The notes below the pieces were generated by a model. The model searched no databases. It saw only the letters and a list, made by a program, of their open reading frames with translations, and was not told the DNA's origin. This document shows, piece by piece, positions 13,605-25,899 of a DNA stretch of 43,410 bases. The stretch comes from Octopus sinensis. Lineage: Eukaryota. Position numbers and translations under genes: made by a program. The DNA is taken from positions 1 to 43,410 of the forward strand of contig NW_021835127.1 in assembly GCF_006345805.1 (NCBI RefSeq). The letters run 5' to 3'. How positions within the stretch are numbered: the first letter of the stretch is position 1; each line of letters starts with the position of its first letter.

Positions 13605-13817
13605 GGTTTCAAATTTTGGTAGAAGTCCAGCAATTTTGGGGGAGGGACCAAGTCGATTAAATCGATCCAAGTGCTCAGCTGGTGCTTATTTTATCGACCA
13701 CGAAATGGATGAAAGGCAGAGTCGACCTCGGCGGAGTTTGAACTCATAATGGGAAGACGGACGAAATGCTGATAAGCATTTAGTCCGGCGCGGTAACGAT
13801 TCTATCGGCTCGCCGCC
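13605..13817 (-). mobile_element. Family B SINE
   Basis: Same head and core as the 42895 copy, in reverse orientation. Confidence 0.85.
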
Positions 13818-14249
13818 AAATATTAAGACAAATACTGAGAAATCGTAAGAAGCAAGAGAAACAGTGAGGTGGAGGAGATTGCAGTTCTAGAAAATTGTAG
13901 TTTCTGGGATAGAAGAAACAAAATCTAAAAGAAGAACGATAATGAAACCATGGTAACAAGGACGGTTTGAGAAGTGAGAAAAAACGTATTTCACTCATCG
14001 TCTTGATTCTCATTCTGCAAACACTGGATTCAATATGGCGCCTAATTCATGTAGAGCAGTGTAGATGACCCGGATTTCCCAGAAGCCCAAATACTTTACT
14101 ACGGCATCGATCCATGGATGATTAAACTAAAACATTAAGGGGCAGCGATTGAAACATCTGAGTAAAACCCCAAAAGGTCATCGGCGCTGGTCCTCCCCTG
14201 ATTATATTATTTAATTATAATAGCGATACTCGCGCGCACACATGTATAT

Positions 14250-14297
<48 letters not shown>

Positions 14298-14760
14298 CAC
14301 ATATATATATATGTATATATATATATGTATATATGTGTGTATATATATACACGGACACCTACACGGACACACATATATCTATGTATGTGTAGGTACGTAT
14401 GTTCTTGTGCGTGCAAGTGAGTGTGTCTGCCTGTATGTGTGTGAGTGTTTCTCTGTGTGCATGTGTGTATGTGTGTGTGTTAACTTGGAACTAAAATAAT
14501 AAATTATATTTATTCCATCGCTTCGTTTGATCGAATAGATAGTTGTCATGGAAACACTAAAATCATCTTTTTAAAATCACATACACAAATACAAATAGTC
14601 CAACACACATATGTAAGCCCCCACACAGAGGCACATATACATACATGTGTAGACGTACATACATATGTATACACATATATATATACATATATATTATATA
14701 TATAATATTATATAATATATATGTATATACATATATATATATACATATGTATATATATAC

Positions 14761-14815
<55 letters not shown>

Positions 14816-15017
14816 ATATATGTGCACATATATATATATATAAATATGTGTGTGTGTGTGTATGTATGAACACATACACATAAAAAATAGACAGAAAGAA
14901 ACGAAATGAAAATAAATATTGATTATCTCTTGAAGTATGTTCTCCAAGAACCATTCTAATATTATGTGGGTGGTGTGGAAGGGTGTATCAATTTTAGTTT
15001 CATGGTAATGGCTAACG

Positions 15018-15020
<3 letters not shown>

Positions 15021-15111
<91 letters not shown>

Positions 15112-15555
15112 TTTATTTTTATTTTCATATTTTCTTTCATCTCCATTATGTATGAAACAGGAATTATACTGTATGGAAAAATCTTGAAAATATAAAGAAA
15201 TATTAAAAGAAGTTCGCAGAGCCACTGATGATGAGAAAGATGATGATGATGATGATGATGATGATATATGATGATGTTTATGATGATGATGATGATGATG
15301 ATGATAAAGTTGGTTCTGATAGTAGGATATATGGTAGCCATGTTGTTGATGATGATACTGGTGGTGATGGTGGGTGTGACGATGGTGATGGTGGTGGCGG
15401 TGAGGATGATGATGATGATGATGATGGTGGTGATGATAAAAACGATTGTGATGATTATGATGATGATAAAAACGATTGTGATGATTATGATGTTGGTGCT
15501 AATGGAGCGAGTAATGATAATGATGAAAATGATATTAATTATATTGATGATGATG
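15021..15555. repeat. (ATT)n tract followed by a degenerate (GAT/GGT)n low-complexity region
   Basis: Direct reading; includes a 30-bp internal tandem duplication near 15432-15491. Confidence 0.9.
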
Positions 15556-15867
15556 ATAATTTTTTTTAGGAGTGATCTCGGACTTGAATATCTAATATGG
15601 CGTTCTTCTTCATTAAAACGCGAGAGAATAACTGTATTGGAGTTTGACTGGTAGTTATAGCAGATCGAGTGATAGCATAGATGCCCTCTCGCTCACCCTC
15701 CATCCATGTCTATCTGTCTGTTTGTCTGTCTGTCTTCTGTCTCTCTCCCCTCCTCTCTCTTCTCGCTCTCTCTCTCTCTCTCTCTCCTCTTCGATTCGTT
15801 GTACAAGGGCAGCAATTTTAAGAGGAGGGATAAGCAATACCATCGACTTGACTGGTACTATATTTTA

Positions 15868-16288
15868 TTATTTCTTTATTGCCCACAAGGGGCTAAACAT
15901 AGAGGGGACAAACAAGGACAGACAAAGGGATTAAGTCGATTACATCGACCCAAGCGTGTAACTGGTACTTAATTTATCGACCCCGAAATGATGAAAGGCA
16001 AAGTCGATCTCGGCGGAATTTGAACTCAGAACGTAACGGCAGACGAAATACCCTATTTATTTCTTTACTACCCACAAGGGGCTAAACACAGAGAGGACAA
16101 ACAAGGACAGACAAACGGATTAAGTCGATTATATCGACCCTAGTGCGTAACTGGTACTTATTTAATCGATCCTGAAAGGATGAAAGGTAAAGTCAACCAC
16201 GGCGGAATTTGAACTCAGAACGTAGCGGCAGACGAAATACGGCTACGCATTTCGCCCGGCGTGCTAACGTTTCTGCCAGCTCGCCGTC
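15868..16288 (-). mobile_element. Two tandem family B SINEs (one full, one 5'-truncated), apparently inside an older family B copy
   Basis: The block TTTCTTTA..CCCACAAGGGGCTAAACA...CAGACGAAATAC occurs twice. Older, diverged core fragments lie at 15812-15866 and 16300-16430. Confidence 0.85.
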
Positions 16289-16502
16289 TTAATTTTATCA
16301 ATTATATTTTATGGATTCTGATAAGATGGAAGGCAAAGTTGGTCTCAATGGGATATAATCTCAAATCATAGAACTAAACGAAATCCTGTCAATCATTTTT
16401 CCGACTTCTAATCCGCTGATAATCTACCGCTCTCTCTTCAATTCATTTCCAATTATAATATTAATGATGAAAGCCGAGATAAAATGAATTACTTTGGCAC
16501 CA

Positions 16503-16545
<43 letters not shown>

Positions 16546-16606
16546 ATATAATATATATATATATATCATATATACATATATATACATACATACATATATA
16601 TATAAT

Positions 16607-16670
<64 letters not shown>

Positions 16671-16908
16671 CATACATACCTGCACTACAAACACACATTG
16701 TTGTCCGGAAAGTTTTGACCGTTTTTTAATATGCAAAATTGATATAAAATAATTGACCTTTCGATTTTATTGGATGAAATAATTTCCATTATTATTGATG
16801 GCCTTTGCCCATCTATGAGGCAGTTTAAATATTCCATCAGCATAAAACTTGGCTGGTTGTGAAGAAAGAAGTTACCAAAGTGCATTTGACTCCATCTAAA
16901 TCGTTAAA

Positions 16909-17217
16909 TGGGGCGCAATGGTCCAGTGGTCTGGGCAGCGGACTCGCGGTCGAAGGATCGCGGTTTCGATTCCCAGACCGGGCGTTGTGTGTGTTTATTG
17001 AGCGAAAACGCCTAAAAATCTCCACGAGGCTCCGGCAGGGGGTGGTGGCGACCCCTGTTGTACTCATTCGCCCCAAGTTTCTTTCACTCTTTCTTCTTGT
17101 TTCTTGAGTAACGTTGCGATGGACTGGCGTCCCGTTCAGCTGGGGGGAACACATACGCCACAGAAACCGGGAAACCGGGCCCATGAGCCTGGCTAGTCTT
17201 GAAAAGGACGCAAGAAA
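16909..17217 (+). mobile_element. tRNA-derived SINE (family C head + V-domain-like tail) inserted in the mariner
   Basis: A-box TGGTCCAGTGG and B-box GGTTTCGATTCCC. 11-bp TSD AAATCGTTAAA at 16898-16908 and 17218-17228. Confidence 0.9.
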
Positions 17218-17514
17218 AAATCGTTAAACGCATTTCCTTGCAATTAGTTCAGTAGAGACATAAACAAGCGGTAGTCGGACGCCGCAATATCAGGAGAATA
17301 TGGTGGATGCTGTAAATGATTCCGGCCAAGTTCATGTAACTTTGTTCGGGTTGCCAAAGACACATATGATCGGGCATTGTCGTGTTGGAATACTACTCCT
17401 TTCCTCTTGGTAATCTCCGGCCTCAGTTCTTATTTTTATATTCAAACTAGCCAGCTGTCGACAGTACACATTAGAATTAACGGTGTGGTTTTGTGAAAGA
17501 AGCTCATAATAAAT

Positions 17515-17578
17515 AATGTTGTGATAATCTCATGTCACTGTTTGGGTTTCGAATGAGATCCAGTTAAGTTATGCGCAC
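17515..17578 (+). other. 64-bp copy of host exon sequence 12686-12749 inserted in the mariner transposase
   Basis: 63/64 identity, same orientation, offset 4829 bp. It replaces roughly the WWxxxG codons between MLCV and IIYYELL. Confidence 0.9.
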
Positions 17579-18020
17579 AAAGCATAGCATTTTGGCATGG
17601 ATATTCGTGTTTGATTGCTGTTTTGTTGGATCCTTACGCAAACTCCAGGATCTTTTTCGCATTATGTTTTCGTACTCAATCCAGTTTTCATCTCCAGTCA
17701 CAAGATGTTTCAAAGAAGGCATGCTTTCATTCCCTTTCAAAAGCATATCACAAACGGAATACCGGTCTAAGCAATACTTTTCTGAGTGTTTGTGAGGGGC
17801 CCATACATTATAGCGAGAAATGTATCCTAGCTACACTAGGTGTTTATGAGCCGTAGTTTTAGAAACTTCCAACTACTCTGCAAGTTTTCAAATTTTTGCC
17901 TTCAAAATATCTTCATCCAATTTGGAAGGTCTTCCACTGCGATTGTCATCTTCCCAGTTAAACACTCTCGTTTTAAACAGTTAATTCACCTACAGCATCA
18001 TCACCATAAAATTTACAAAT

Positions 18021-18428
18021 TGTGTGGTAAGTAGCTTGCTTACCAACTGCATGGTTCCGGGTTCATTCCCACTGCGTGGCAAGTGTCTTCTACTATAGCC
18101 TCGGGCCGACCAAAGCCTGGTGAGTGGATTTGGTAGACGGAAACTGAAAGAATCCCGTCATATATATGTATATATATATACACATCCATACATATATATA
18201 TATGCAAGTGCGTGTATATGTTTGTGTGTCTATGTTTGTCTGCCCAACATCGCTTGACAACCGATGCTGGTGTGCTTACGTCCCCGTAACTTAGCGGTTC
18301 GGCAAAAGAGGCTGATAGATTAAGTACTAGGCATCTAAAGAATAAGTCCTAGGGTCGATTGGCTCGACGAAAGGTGATGCTCCAGCATGGCCGCTGTCAA
18401 ATGACTGAAACAAGTAAAAGAGTAAAAT
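18021..18428 (+). mobile_element. tRNA-derived CORE-like SINE (family A), 5'-truncated, inserted in the mariner HTH region
   Basis: Matches the copies at 22087 and 24961. It splits the mariner codons R-N|I-C-K. Confidence 0.9.
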
Positions 18429-18741
18429 GTTTCTGCAAGCTTTCGCAGTATTTTCTCCTTTTTTTTAAAAAAGAAAACCATTACAACGCGAATACGAAAT
18501 TTTTGGTTATCACTCAAATATCAATAAAGGGTAAGCGGAATGAAAGATAGATATATTTTAAGTCAGGAACAAAGAAGAGGTGCACTATCATTTTAAGCAG
18601 TGCCAAAGTTTTTACAGTGATACGTTTCAGGTGTGTTTAATGAAGCGTCAAAAGATTTAGCTTAAAAACGCTGAGAACTTTCCGGACAACCAAAAATATA
18701 TATATATAATCATATACATATACATAATACATACATACACG

Positions 18742-18834
<93 letters not shown>

Positions 18835-18835
18835 A

Positions 18836-18869
<34 letters not shown>

Positions 18870-19434
18870 GTAGTACTCAAATATATTGTTATACATTGTA
18901 TGCAGACAGACGAAATATTTGATGGAAGGCAACTGGAGAGCGAGTTGATTTGAAAATATTCTATTCTAAAGATTATTGTGTGCAGATTATAGTGTTAGTA
19001 TTTTTTTTTCTGTGAAAAATAAATCGAAAGAAAATCAAAACAATTGTATTAATGCATGCTAATAGAACAGAGTAGCGTGTGTGTTATATTTTACATTTGT
19101 GTAGTCAATAAATGGTACTGAATCAATGAACATAGTATATCTGTAAACCAGTGAGTCTGTTTACAAATCTATACATGAGAAAAGTAAACATGTTTTACTG
19201 TTTGCGTTGGTTTGAACGAAATGCGTGCAGAATAGCTGCTGAAATCATGCAATTCCGGCATTTATCTTTCACTTTCTCTATTTCGTTTCCTCTATCTTTC
19301 ACTCGCTTCTCTCTTTTATAAACGAGGATGTGGTGGTTTTAAAATATTGAATACACTTTTTGTCTGGGAAACTATTTATGAGCCCCACTTCCTTTTTCTC
19401 GCTTTACATAAAGTCATATGCATATATGTATACA

Positions 19435-19471
<37 letters not shown>

Positions 19472-19779
19472 ATATATTCTCAAGCATGCAAACAATAAAA
19501 CACGCACACACGCACACACACGCACACAGGCGCATATATTAATATTATAATGAACAGAATTTAACTTGTATAGACATACTTCATATTCCAGCTAATGTGT
19601 ACCAGCGGACTGATGTAATTTCCGCTTTGAAATAAAAGCCTAACCACAACAGATATAAACGAATCCTATTTATTACCATATTTAAAGTGATATGGCAAAC
19701 CTTTCAAGTATGTGTTTGTAAGTCAAACATAATATAGACAAACGTACGCTTCCGTATATATATATATATATATATATAT

Positions 19780-20140
19780 ACGAGTAAAACGCCTCCCGTC
19801 CAATGGATGGTGCTGAGTTGTTAAACATTTAAACCAAAGTTTCTAAAAAAAGAAACTTGTCCGACCGTCCCATAGGCCTCCCCTCTGAGAAACACTGATT
19901 TTACCTAAAGCAAAAGAAGAAATAAAGATATACTTTTTTTTCTATTCCAAAGAAAAACGATTTTATTCACACAAATATGCTTTATCGATCATTCTCACCT
20001 GGAATCGATTTTTGTAATTTTTTCAAGACTTATACACGCCCTGATACTGTCGGTATCTACATATCAGATTTGAGCACAATCGGATGGAAGATGCCCTAGA
20101 TTCTAGAAGACACACACACACAGACAGAACGGTCTAAGTT
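19780..20140 (-). mobile_element. Possible Helitron/Helentron-derived non-autonomous element
   Basis: Minus strand has CTGTCTGTGTGTGTGTCTTCTAG..CATCTTCCATCCGATTGTGCTCAAATCTGATATGTAG, resembling DINE/HINE-type cores. Termini not resolved. Confidence 0.4.
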
Positions 20141-20547
20141 CTTGGTTTCCATGTATGAGGGTCCAACATCCAGTGTTAGACCGCCCACACAAATGATTAA
20201 TTTCCAGTGATGAAATCTTATGTAGGGTCTGCACACTTTTTAGAAGTATTGATAGCAGAGAGCCGGCGCAAATGTTTGCCACAAACTCAATGATAAGCAC
20301 ATCTTAAGCTTTTCAACTCGAGTTCTCCATCTCCTGGGTTAGTTCTTTTCGCTACAGCTGAAAATGTAACTCGTCCTGGTCGGCCTAATGTGCCACTGAG
20401 TACTAAACCAAACTGTCTAACTCCTTGGACAAAACCCTTAACTATCCTAAGCCCATCCACTGTTTGGTGCAACCTGATTTTCATTCTGTAAAAGACTCAG
20501 AAACCACCCTACTCGCCAAACAGGCTTGGTGATGTTACTGGATTAAT

Positions 20548-20960
20548 CGCTGATGATTTCTCTTCTAAGAATATATATTCATTCGTTATATTATATTTCA
20601 TCGCTGAAATATTTCTCTTTAATTCATCTTGTCAAATAAAAAGTAATCTTTTGTAAACTGATGTAAGCCAGATTATCTGCAGGGAATCACTGAAGTTTAT
20701 TTGGCGATGCAGAATCCGAGTTATAAATATTACAGACAGGATTTCTATATTTCCTGGTTTTAATAGTTTCCCTATATTTTATGGTCTTTTAATCGTGTAA
20801 ACGAACTTCAAAAGCCCTTGAAATCTAGTATGCGTTATAGTATATCACCCGTCACCTCCCTCTTCCACAGTACATCACCATTGTCTCTAACTTTCCCTCC
20901 TTTCTCCTTTTGATACCTCTCCAGATTTACCTCCATTTATACCTCTCCTCTTACACTCCT
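20548..20960. repeat. Unclassified ~420-470 bp interspersed repeat, copy 1 (copy 2 at 24320-24790)
   Basis: Shared TTAATTCATCTTGTCAAATAAAAAGTAATCTTTTGTA..GATGTAAGCCAGATTATCTGCAGGGAATCACTGAAGTTTATTT and pyrimidine-rich 3' part. Confidence 0.85.
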
Positions 20961-21234
20961 CTTCACCTTGCATCATACTAGCAAATATAAGTATACACAC
21001 ACATACACAAACACAAACACACACACACACGTACACCAACATATACACGAACACATACACACAAACGCATCTCTAAACACTATCATCCGTAACATAAGTA
21101 ATCTGAAGCACTGCAATAAAATTGTACTAGAAAAGTAAATTTTGACAGAATGAAATTATTTACGGTCTTAAATCCAAGTTAATATTCTTAGAAAGTGGTC
21201 TTTCTTGAGATAGCGTCCTGCTATAGTTCTTTAA

Positions 21235-21625
21235 TCTCTCTCTATATAAAGCTGAAGTTGTCTGTGTGTATAAGGTTTGGTAGCCTTCAACTAACACTAT
21301 CTCCTCCAAGACCCTGTGGCGCAAGTTGACCAAAATTGAGAGTATGATAGAAGAAGGCTTGCTCTTCATTCCGTAGAAGATAAAATTCAAATCGAACCAT
21401 GTTAACACCAAAAATTATTTACATCAAAAAGGTACTTTTTTTCTATGAAAATTCCTATTTTTTACGATTTTTTCACTGCTGTGTCGCTATTTTTCGGTGT
21501 ATTTCAACAGGAAAAATGTTCAGTTAAAGAGAATAACAAGCGACATAGTGCAAAATTTTTATTTTATTAAATTCCAATTCTAAAGGGTCGAAACAAACCC
21601 GAGCAACGCCGGGCGATACTGCTAG
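21235..21625 (+). mobile_element. Non-autonomous Helitron-type element, copy 1
   Basis: 5' TC, 3' CTAG, subterminal GC hairpin CCCG-AGCAACGC-CGGG, inserted between A and T, no TSD. A second copy lies at 36533. Confidence 0.85.
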
Positions 21626-22086
21626 TTTCAAACTATAGCAGTGTAAAAGAATTAGAAAAAACTTTCATTCTTAAAAGGACTTAGACTATCAGCAACTACT
21701 GAAACCAAGTCACACAAAATTGACTTTTCACTGCCCTTAGACACCCTTTCATAAAATCGAACAAATCACTAAACTAAATTCATAAACTTTCTATCGACCA
21801 CAAGAATATTATAATTTCTATAAGAATATTTTGTTTTCTATCTCAAAATTCTCTGCCAACAGGCAAATATTTAATGAAGCAGCACTTTACTACAAGAATG
21901 CCTGCCCAGAATTGATTTTAATGAGAAAATTTTCTTCATTGAAAATATCGCCTTCAACTTTGAATCAGTACTTTTAGTACGCACTTAAACCAAACACACT
22001 TCCTCATTTGCGTTTTCATCCTTTTTGCTTAATCTTTGTTTTGTGGTATATTAATTTTTCAAATATGGGAAGAGCTTCCAACACTC

Positions 22087-22260
22087 GGAGGAGTGGCTGT
22101 GTGGTAAGTAGCTTGCTTATCAAACACATGGTTCCGGGTTCAGTCCCACTGCGTGGCATATTGGGCAAGTGTGTTCTACTATAGCCTCGGGCCGACCAAA
22201 GCCTTGTGAGTGGATTTGGTAGGCGGAAACTGAAAGAAGCCCGTCGTATATATGTATATA

Positions 22261-22309
<49 letters not shown>

Positions 22310-22532
22310 TTGTGTGTCTGTGTTTGTCCTCCCAACATAGCTTGACAACCGATGCTGGTGTGCTACGTCCCCGTAACATAGCGGTTCGATAAAAGAGACC
22401 GATAGAATAAGTACTAGGCTTACAAAGAATAAGTCCTGGGGTTGATGTGCTCGACTAAAGGCGGTGCTCCAGCATGGCCGCAGTCAAATGACTGAAACAA
22501 GTAAGAGAGTAAAAGAGTAAAAGAGAGTAAAA
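22087..22532 (+). mobile_element. Family A tRNA-derived CORE-like SINE, near full length
   Basis: A-box TGGCTGTGTGG, B-box GGTTCAGTCCC, CORE-like TTGGGCAAGTGTCTT, central TA/TG microsatellite and GAGTAAAA-repeat tail. Confidence 0.9.
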
Positions 22533-22875
22533 CATTATACTATTTTTAATTCAAATCCTTACAAACTTTTTTCTACTTCCTGTTTATTTTGCTAATTTCC
22601 TTTCGGGTATTTATTTACTGGTTTGTTTATTTGTACTAAATTCTAGTGCAGCAGTCTCTTTTTCCTACTAACAACAGGATGTTCCCTATTTCATTCCCTA
22701 TTTCATTATAGGGAATAATTTGTTACTTTAATAATTTATTTTCCCTTTTGACTAACTAGAACTGAAGTATGTCCACCTTACATTTCAGCGCATTATTTCT
22801 AGTAATATGTTAGTTTTCTTATTTTTAGACTTTCACCTTTAACATATTTGAACCTTTACCTGTTGAGTTGAACGT

Positions 22876-23337
22876 ATAATATATATCTGTTTCTATTACG
22901 TTGTTAGATTTCTTAATGAGGATGTCGAGGAAGAGAAGTTGTTGATGGCTATATTCCATCGTGAATTGAATGTTTAAGTCAAGTCCATTTATAAGTGCTC
23001 GGAATTCTTTAAGTTTCTCTATATTTTCATGCCAAAGAATGAAACAGTCATCCAAGTATCTCTTCCAGTTATTTTCTATGTAGAGGGAGAATGGGCTGTC
23101 GTATATTTCTAGAACCTTACGATAAATACTAATTTCTAGATATTCTATGACTAGGTTAGCAAAGGACGGGGTCATTCTCGTACCCATCGCAGCCCCCGAT
23201 TTTTGTCGATAGAAGTTGTCTTTGAAGAGGAAATAGTTATTTTCCAGGATGAATTCTATTACAAATTCTTTTTCGATGCGATGTGGGAGTTCGTTGGCGT
23301 AATTCTCTAGCCAGAATTGAATTGCCTCTATTCCTAG
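22876..23337 (-). mobile_element. Penelope-like element reverse transcriptase fragment (154 uninterrupted codons)
   Basis: Translates LGIEAIQFWLE...FILENNYFLFKDNFYRQKSGAAMGTRMTPSFANL...WKRYLDDCFILW...IQFTMEYSHQQLLFLDILI...ETDIYY, the typical PLE RT motifs. Confidence 0.92.
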
Positions 23338-23442
23338 GAAGAAACAAGGAAAATACCCCTTGTATTTGAATACTATGCAAATATTCTTTTAAAAAAAACT
23401 TTTCTTCTAATTTTTCCAAAATTTAATTGTTTTCCATACTTA

Positions 23443-23478
23443 CAGTTGAAAAGGTCTCAAAGGCTGAAACCGGTACTG
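23443..23478 (+). ncRNA. Degenerate hammerhead-like motif next to the Penelope RT fragment (probably inactive)
   Basis: CAG-UUGAAAA-GGUCU(CAA)AGGCU-GAAA-CCGG-UA-CUG. The core differs from CUGANGA at two positions; stem II and the palindromic stem III are retained. Confidence 0.45.
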
Positions 23479-23527
23479 AAATGTTTTTTATAAAATTATT
23501 TTAGCATTTTCTACCTCGACTTTTTCC

Positions 23528-23535
23528 ACACACAC

Positions 23536-23610
<75 letters not shown>
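23528..23610. repeat. (CA)n microsatellite
   Basis: Direct reading. Confidence 0.95.
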
Positions 23611-23618
<8 letters not shown>

Positions 23619-24319
23619 ACTTGTCTACTTTCTTCCATTTACTTCTTTCTCTCTCTCTCTCTCATCCTCCATTCAAACAATTTTTTTTGTTATATCTATT
23701 TTCAAATAAATTTCATTATATTTGAAAGTAGTTCTATTGATATTTTTATCGGTAAACGCTCCTTTACTCGGTTATTTGTTCCTTTTATGCAACATGTTAT
23801 TTTTACTAGCTCCAGGAAACCTCTTGAATTTTACAACATTCATACTAGTCCTAAAAATTCCCTAGGTTTTGTTTACATTTGTTTATCATTTTGTTTTTCA
23901 GTTTATTACCCTGTCTATCAACTTGATTTTTCTTTTTCTCTTCCACCTATTATTATCCTCATGGTTATTTTTCATTTATTAAAGATCTTTCTCTCATACT
24001 TAACTCATACTTAAATTTTCCGATAATTATTTAACAATTTATATCTCTATGCACTTCTTTAGGATCGATGAATTTTATTCTCTATCTTTTTTTAACCACC
24101 TAATTACCATAAAGATTATCTGTGTAATTACTTTATCATAATTTTTTATTATCTAAAATCCCAATTCACCATTACCTGATTTTTCACCTTTGACTTCAAT
24201 GTCGAGTTATCTATTTATTCTTTCAATACGCATAAATTTAAAATGCATATATATATATATATATCTTTATGATATATATATGATATATTTTTTTCCTTGC
24301 ATTTTATGTCTTTTAATAT

Positions 24320-24790
24320 GATGATGATAATTTCGCTTCGAAGAATTTATTCATTCTAATGTTATATTTTATCGCTGAAATATTTCTCGTTAATTCATCT
24401 TGTCAAATAAAAAGTAATCTTTTGTAGACCGATGTAAGCCAGATTATCTGCAGGGAATCACTGAAGTTTATTTAGTAATGCAGAATCCGAGTTATAAATA
24501 TTATCTTTAGACAGAATTTCTTTATTAATACGTTTTTTGCTTTATTTACTTCCTGGATTTAATAGTTTTCCTATAATTTTACCCTCCTTTAATCATCTAA
24601 ACGAACTTCAAAAGCCCTTAAAATCTAGAATATGTTATAGAATATCACTCGTCATCTCCTTCTTCTATATCACTCCATCATTGTCTCTAGCTTTCCCTCT
24701 TTCCTCCTTCTGACCCCTTTCCAATGATTTACCTCCATTTCTACCTTTCCCCTTACACTTCTCCCTAATTTCACATATCTTTATCTGCAA
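24320..24790. repeat. Unclassified interspersed repeat, copy 2
   Basis: Direct repeat of 20548-20960 with scattered substitutions. Confidence 0.85.
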
Positions 24791-24960
24791 ATAATCACAT
24801 TACTAACACCTCTCTTTCTTTGACTGAATTCGATTCATAGCTTAAACTGCTCTTTGCTGTGTGATGTCAGCAAAGGAAATGTTATGAGTACTTTTATTAC
24901 TGTGCAAGTTTGTATTATTGTTTTGTTGCTAGTGTCTTGATTACATCGCGAAAATTTTCA

Positions 24961-25136
24961 GGCGTAGGAGTGGCTGTGTGGTAAGTAGCTTGCTTACCAA
25001 CCACATGGTTCCGGGTTCAGTCCCACTGCGTGGCACCTTGGGGAAGTGTCTTCTACTATAGCCTCGGGCCGACCAAAGCCTGGTGAGTGCATTTGGTAGA
25101 CGGAAACTGAAAGATTTTCCTCGTATATATGCATAT

Positions 25137-25168
<32 letters not shown>

Positions 25169-25177
25169 ATATATATA

Positions 25178-25226
<49 letters not shown>

Positions 25227-25429
25227 GTCTGCGTTTGTCCTCCCAACGTCGCTTGACAACCGATACTGGTGTGTTTACATCCATGTAACTTAGTGGTCCG
25301 ACAAAAGAGACCGATAGAATGAGTACTTGGCTTACAAAAAATAGGTCTTGGGGTCGATTTGCTCGACTAAAGGTGGTGCTCCAGCATGGCCACAGTCAAA
25401 TGACTGAAGCAACTAAAAGAGTAAAAGAG
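24961..25429 (+). mobile_element. Family A tRNA-derived CORE-like SINE, full length
   Basis: Starts GGCGTAGGAGTGGCTGTGTGG and ends AAAAGAGTAAAAGAG, with a central (TA)n tract. Confidence 0.9.
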
Positions 25430-25899
25430 GTACCAAGTTATAAGTGCCTGGTCTTACAAATATATTTATTTGATTCATTGTAATTTTTTAATATCTTAAA
25501 TTCTCTTTATCTTGTTTTAAACTCGTTTTCGTGTATAGAAACGTTATTTTGACATATTATTTTGCAACCGAGTTATTTCTTTTCTTGTTAACACTTTTTA
25601 TTGCCCTACTAATACAAGACACCATAATGAAAATTGATAACAAAAAATTAAACTAAGATAATGTCTAAAAGACAAGCCATTTTGTCTACTGCAGATATTG
25701 TGTTAGACGCTCCATTTTTCACACATCGTAAATATTTCAAATGCGGAGAAGACATCCACCTAGTAAAACTTGGTAACAATTCAGTTTTCTCGGAAGTCTG
25801 ACAACACGTCCGTTCACGCCAAAGCACATTGGTGGTGGGGATGATGATGATGATGATGATAATGACGACGACGACGACAACAATAATAATAATCCTTTC

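Larger units (their letters stand above)
16698..18693 (-). mobile_element. Full-length decayed mariner (Tc1/mariner) DNA transposon with nested insertions
   Basis: Imperfect ~30-bp TIRs: TTGTTGTCCGGAAAGTTTTGACCGTTTTTT at 16698 and its reverse complement at 18664-18693. Minus-strand remnants MSDNQKFRIRVVMVFFFKK, CKFYGDDAVGELTV, LVTGDENWIEYEN, IIYYELL and HPPYSPDIAASDY, with stops and frameshifts. Confidence 0.9.

Noticed and set aside
15228-15654. Acidic Asp/Gly-rich and Met-rich ORFs
   Set aside because: They arise from a degenerate (GAT/GGT)n tract, are open in several frames, and have no splice signals.
16909-16985. Apparent tRNA genes (also at 24961, 40588, 41736, 42895)
   Set aside because: A and B boxes are present, but they continue into SINE bodies with TSDs and lack a proper cloverleaf or acceptor stem.
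20287-20484. 65-aa minus-strand ORF as an upstream exon of the 12.3-kb gene
   Set aside because: It ends in a stop, no usable donor was found, and it is wedged between repeats.
20548-20590. Hammerhead-like CTGATGA...GAA motif at the start of the unclassified repeat (also ~24318)
   Set aside because: No convincing stem II, no GAAA and no A15.1-U16.1 pair.
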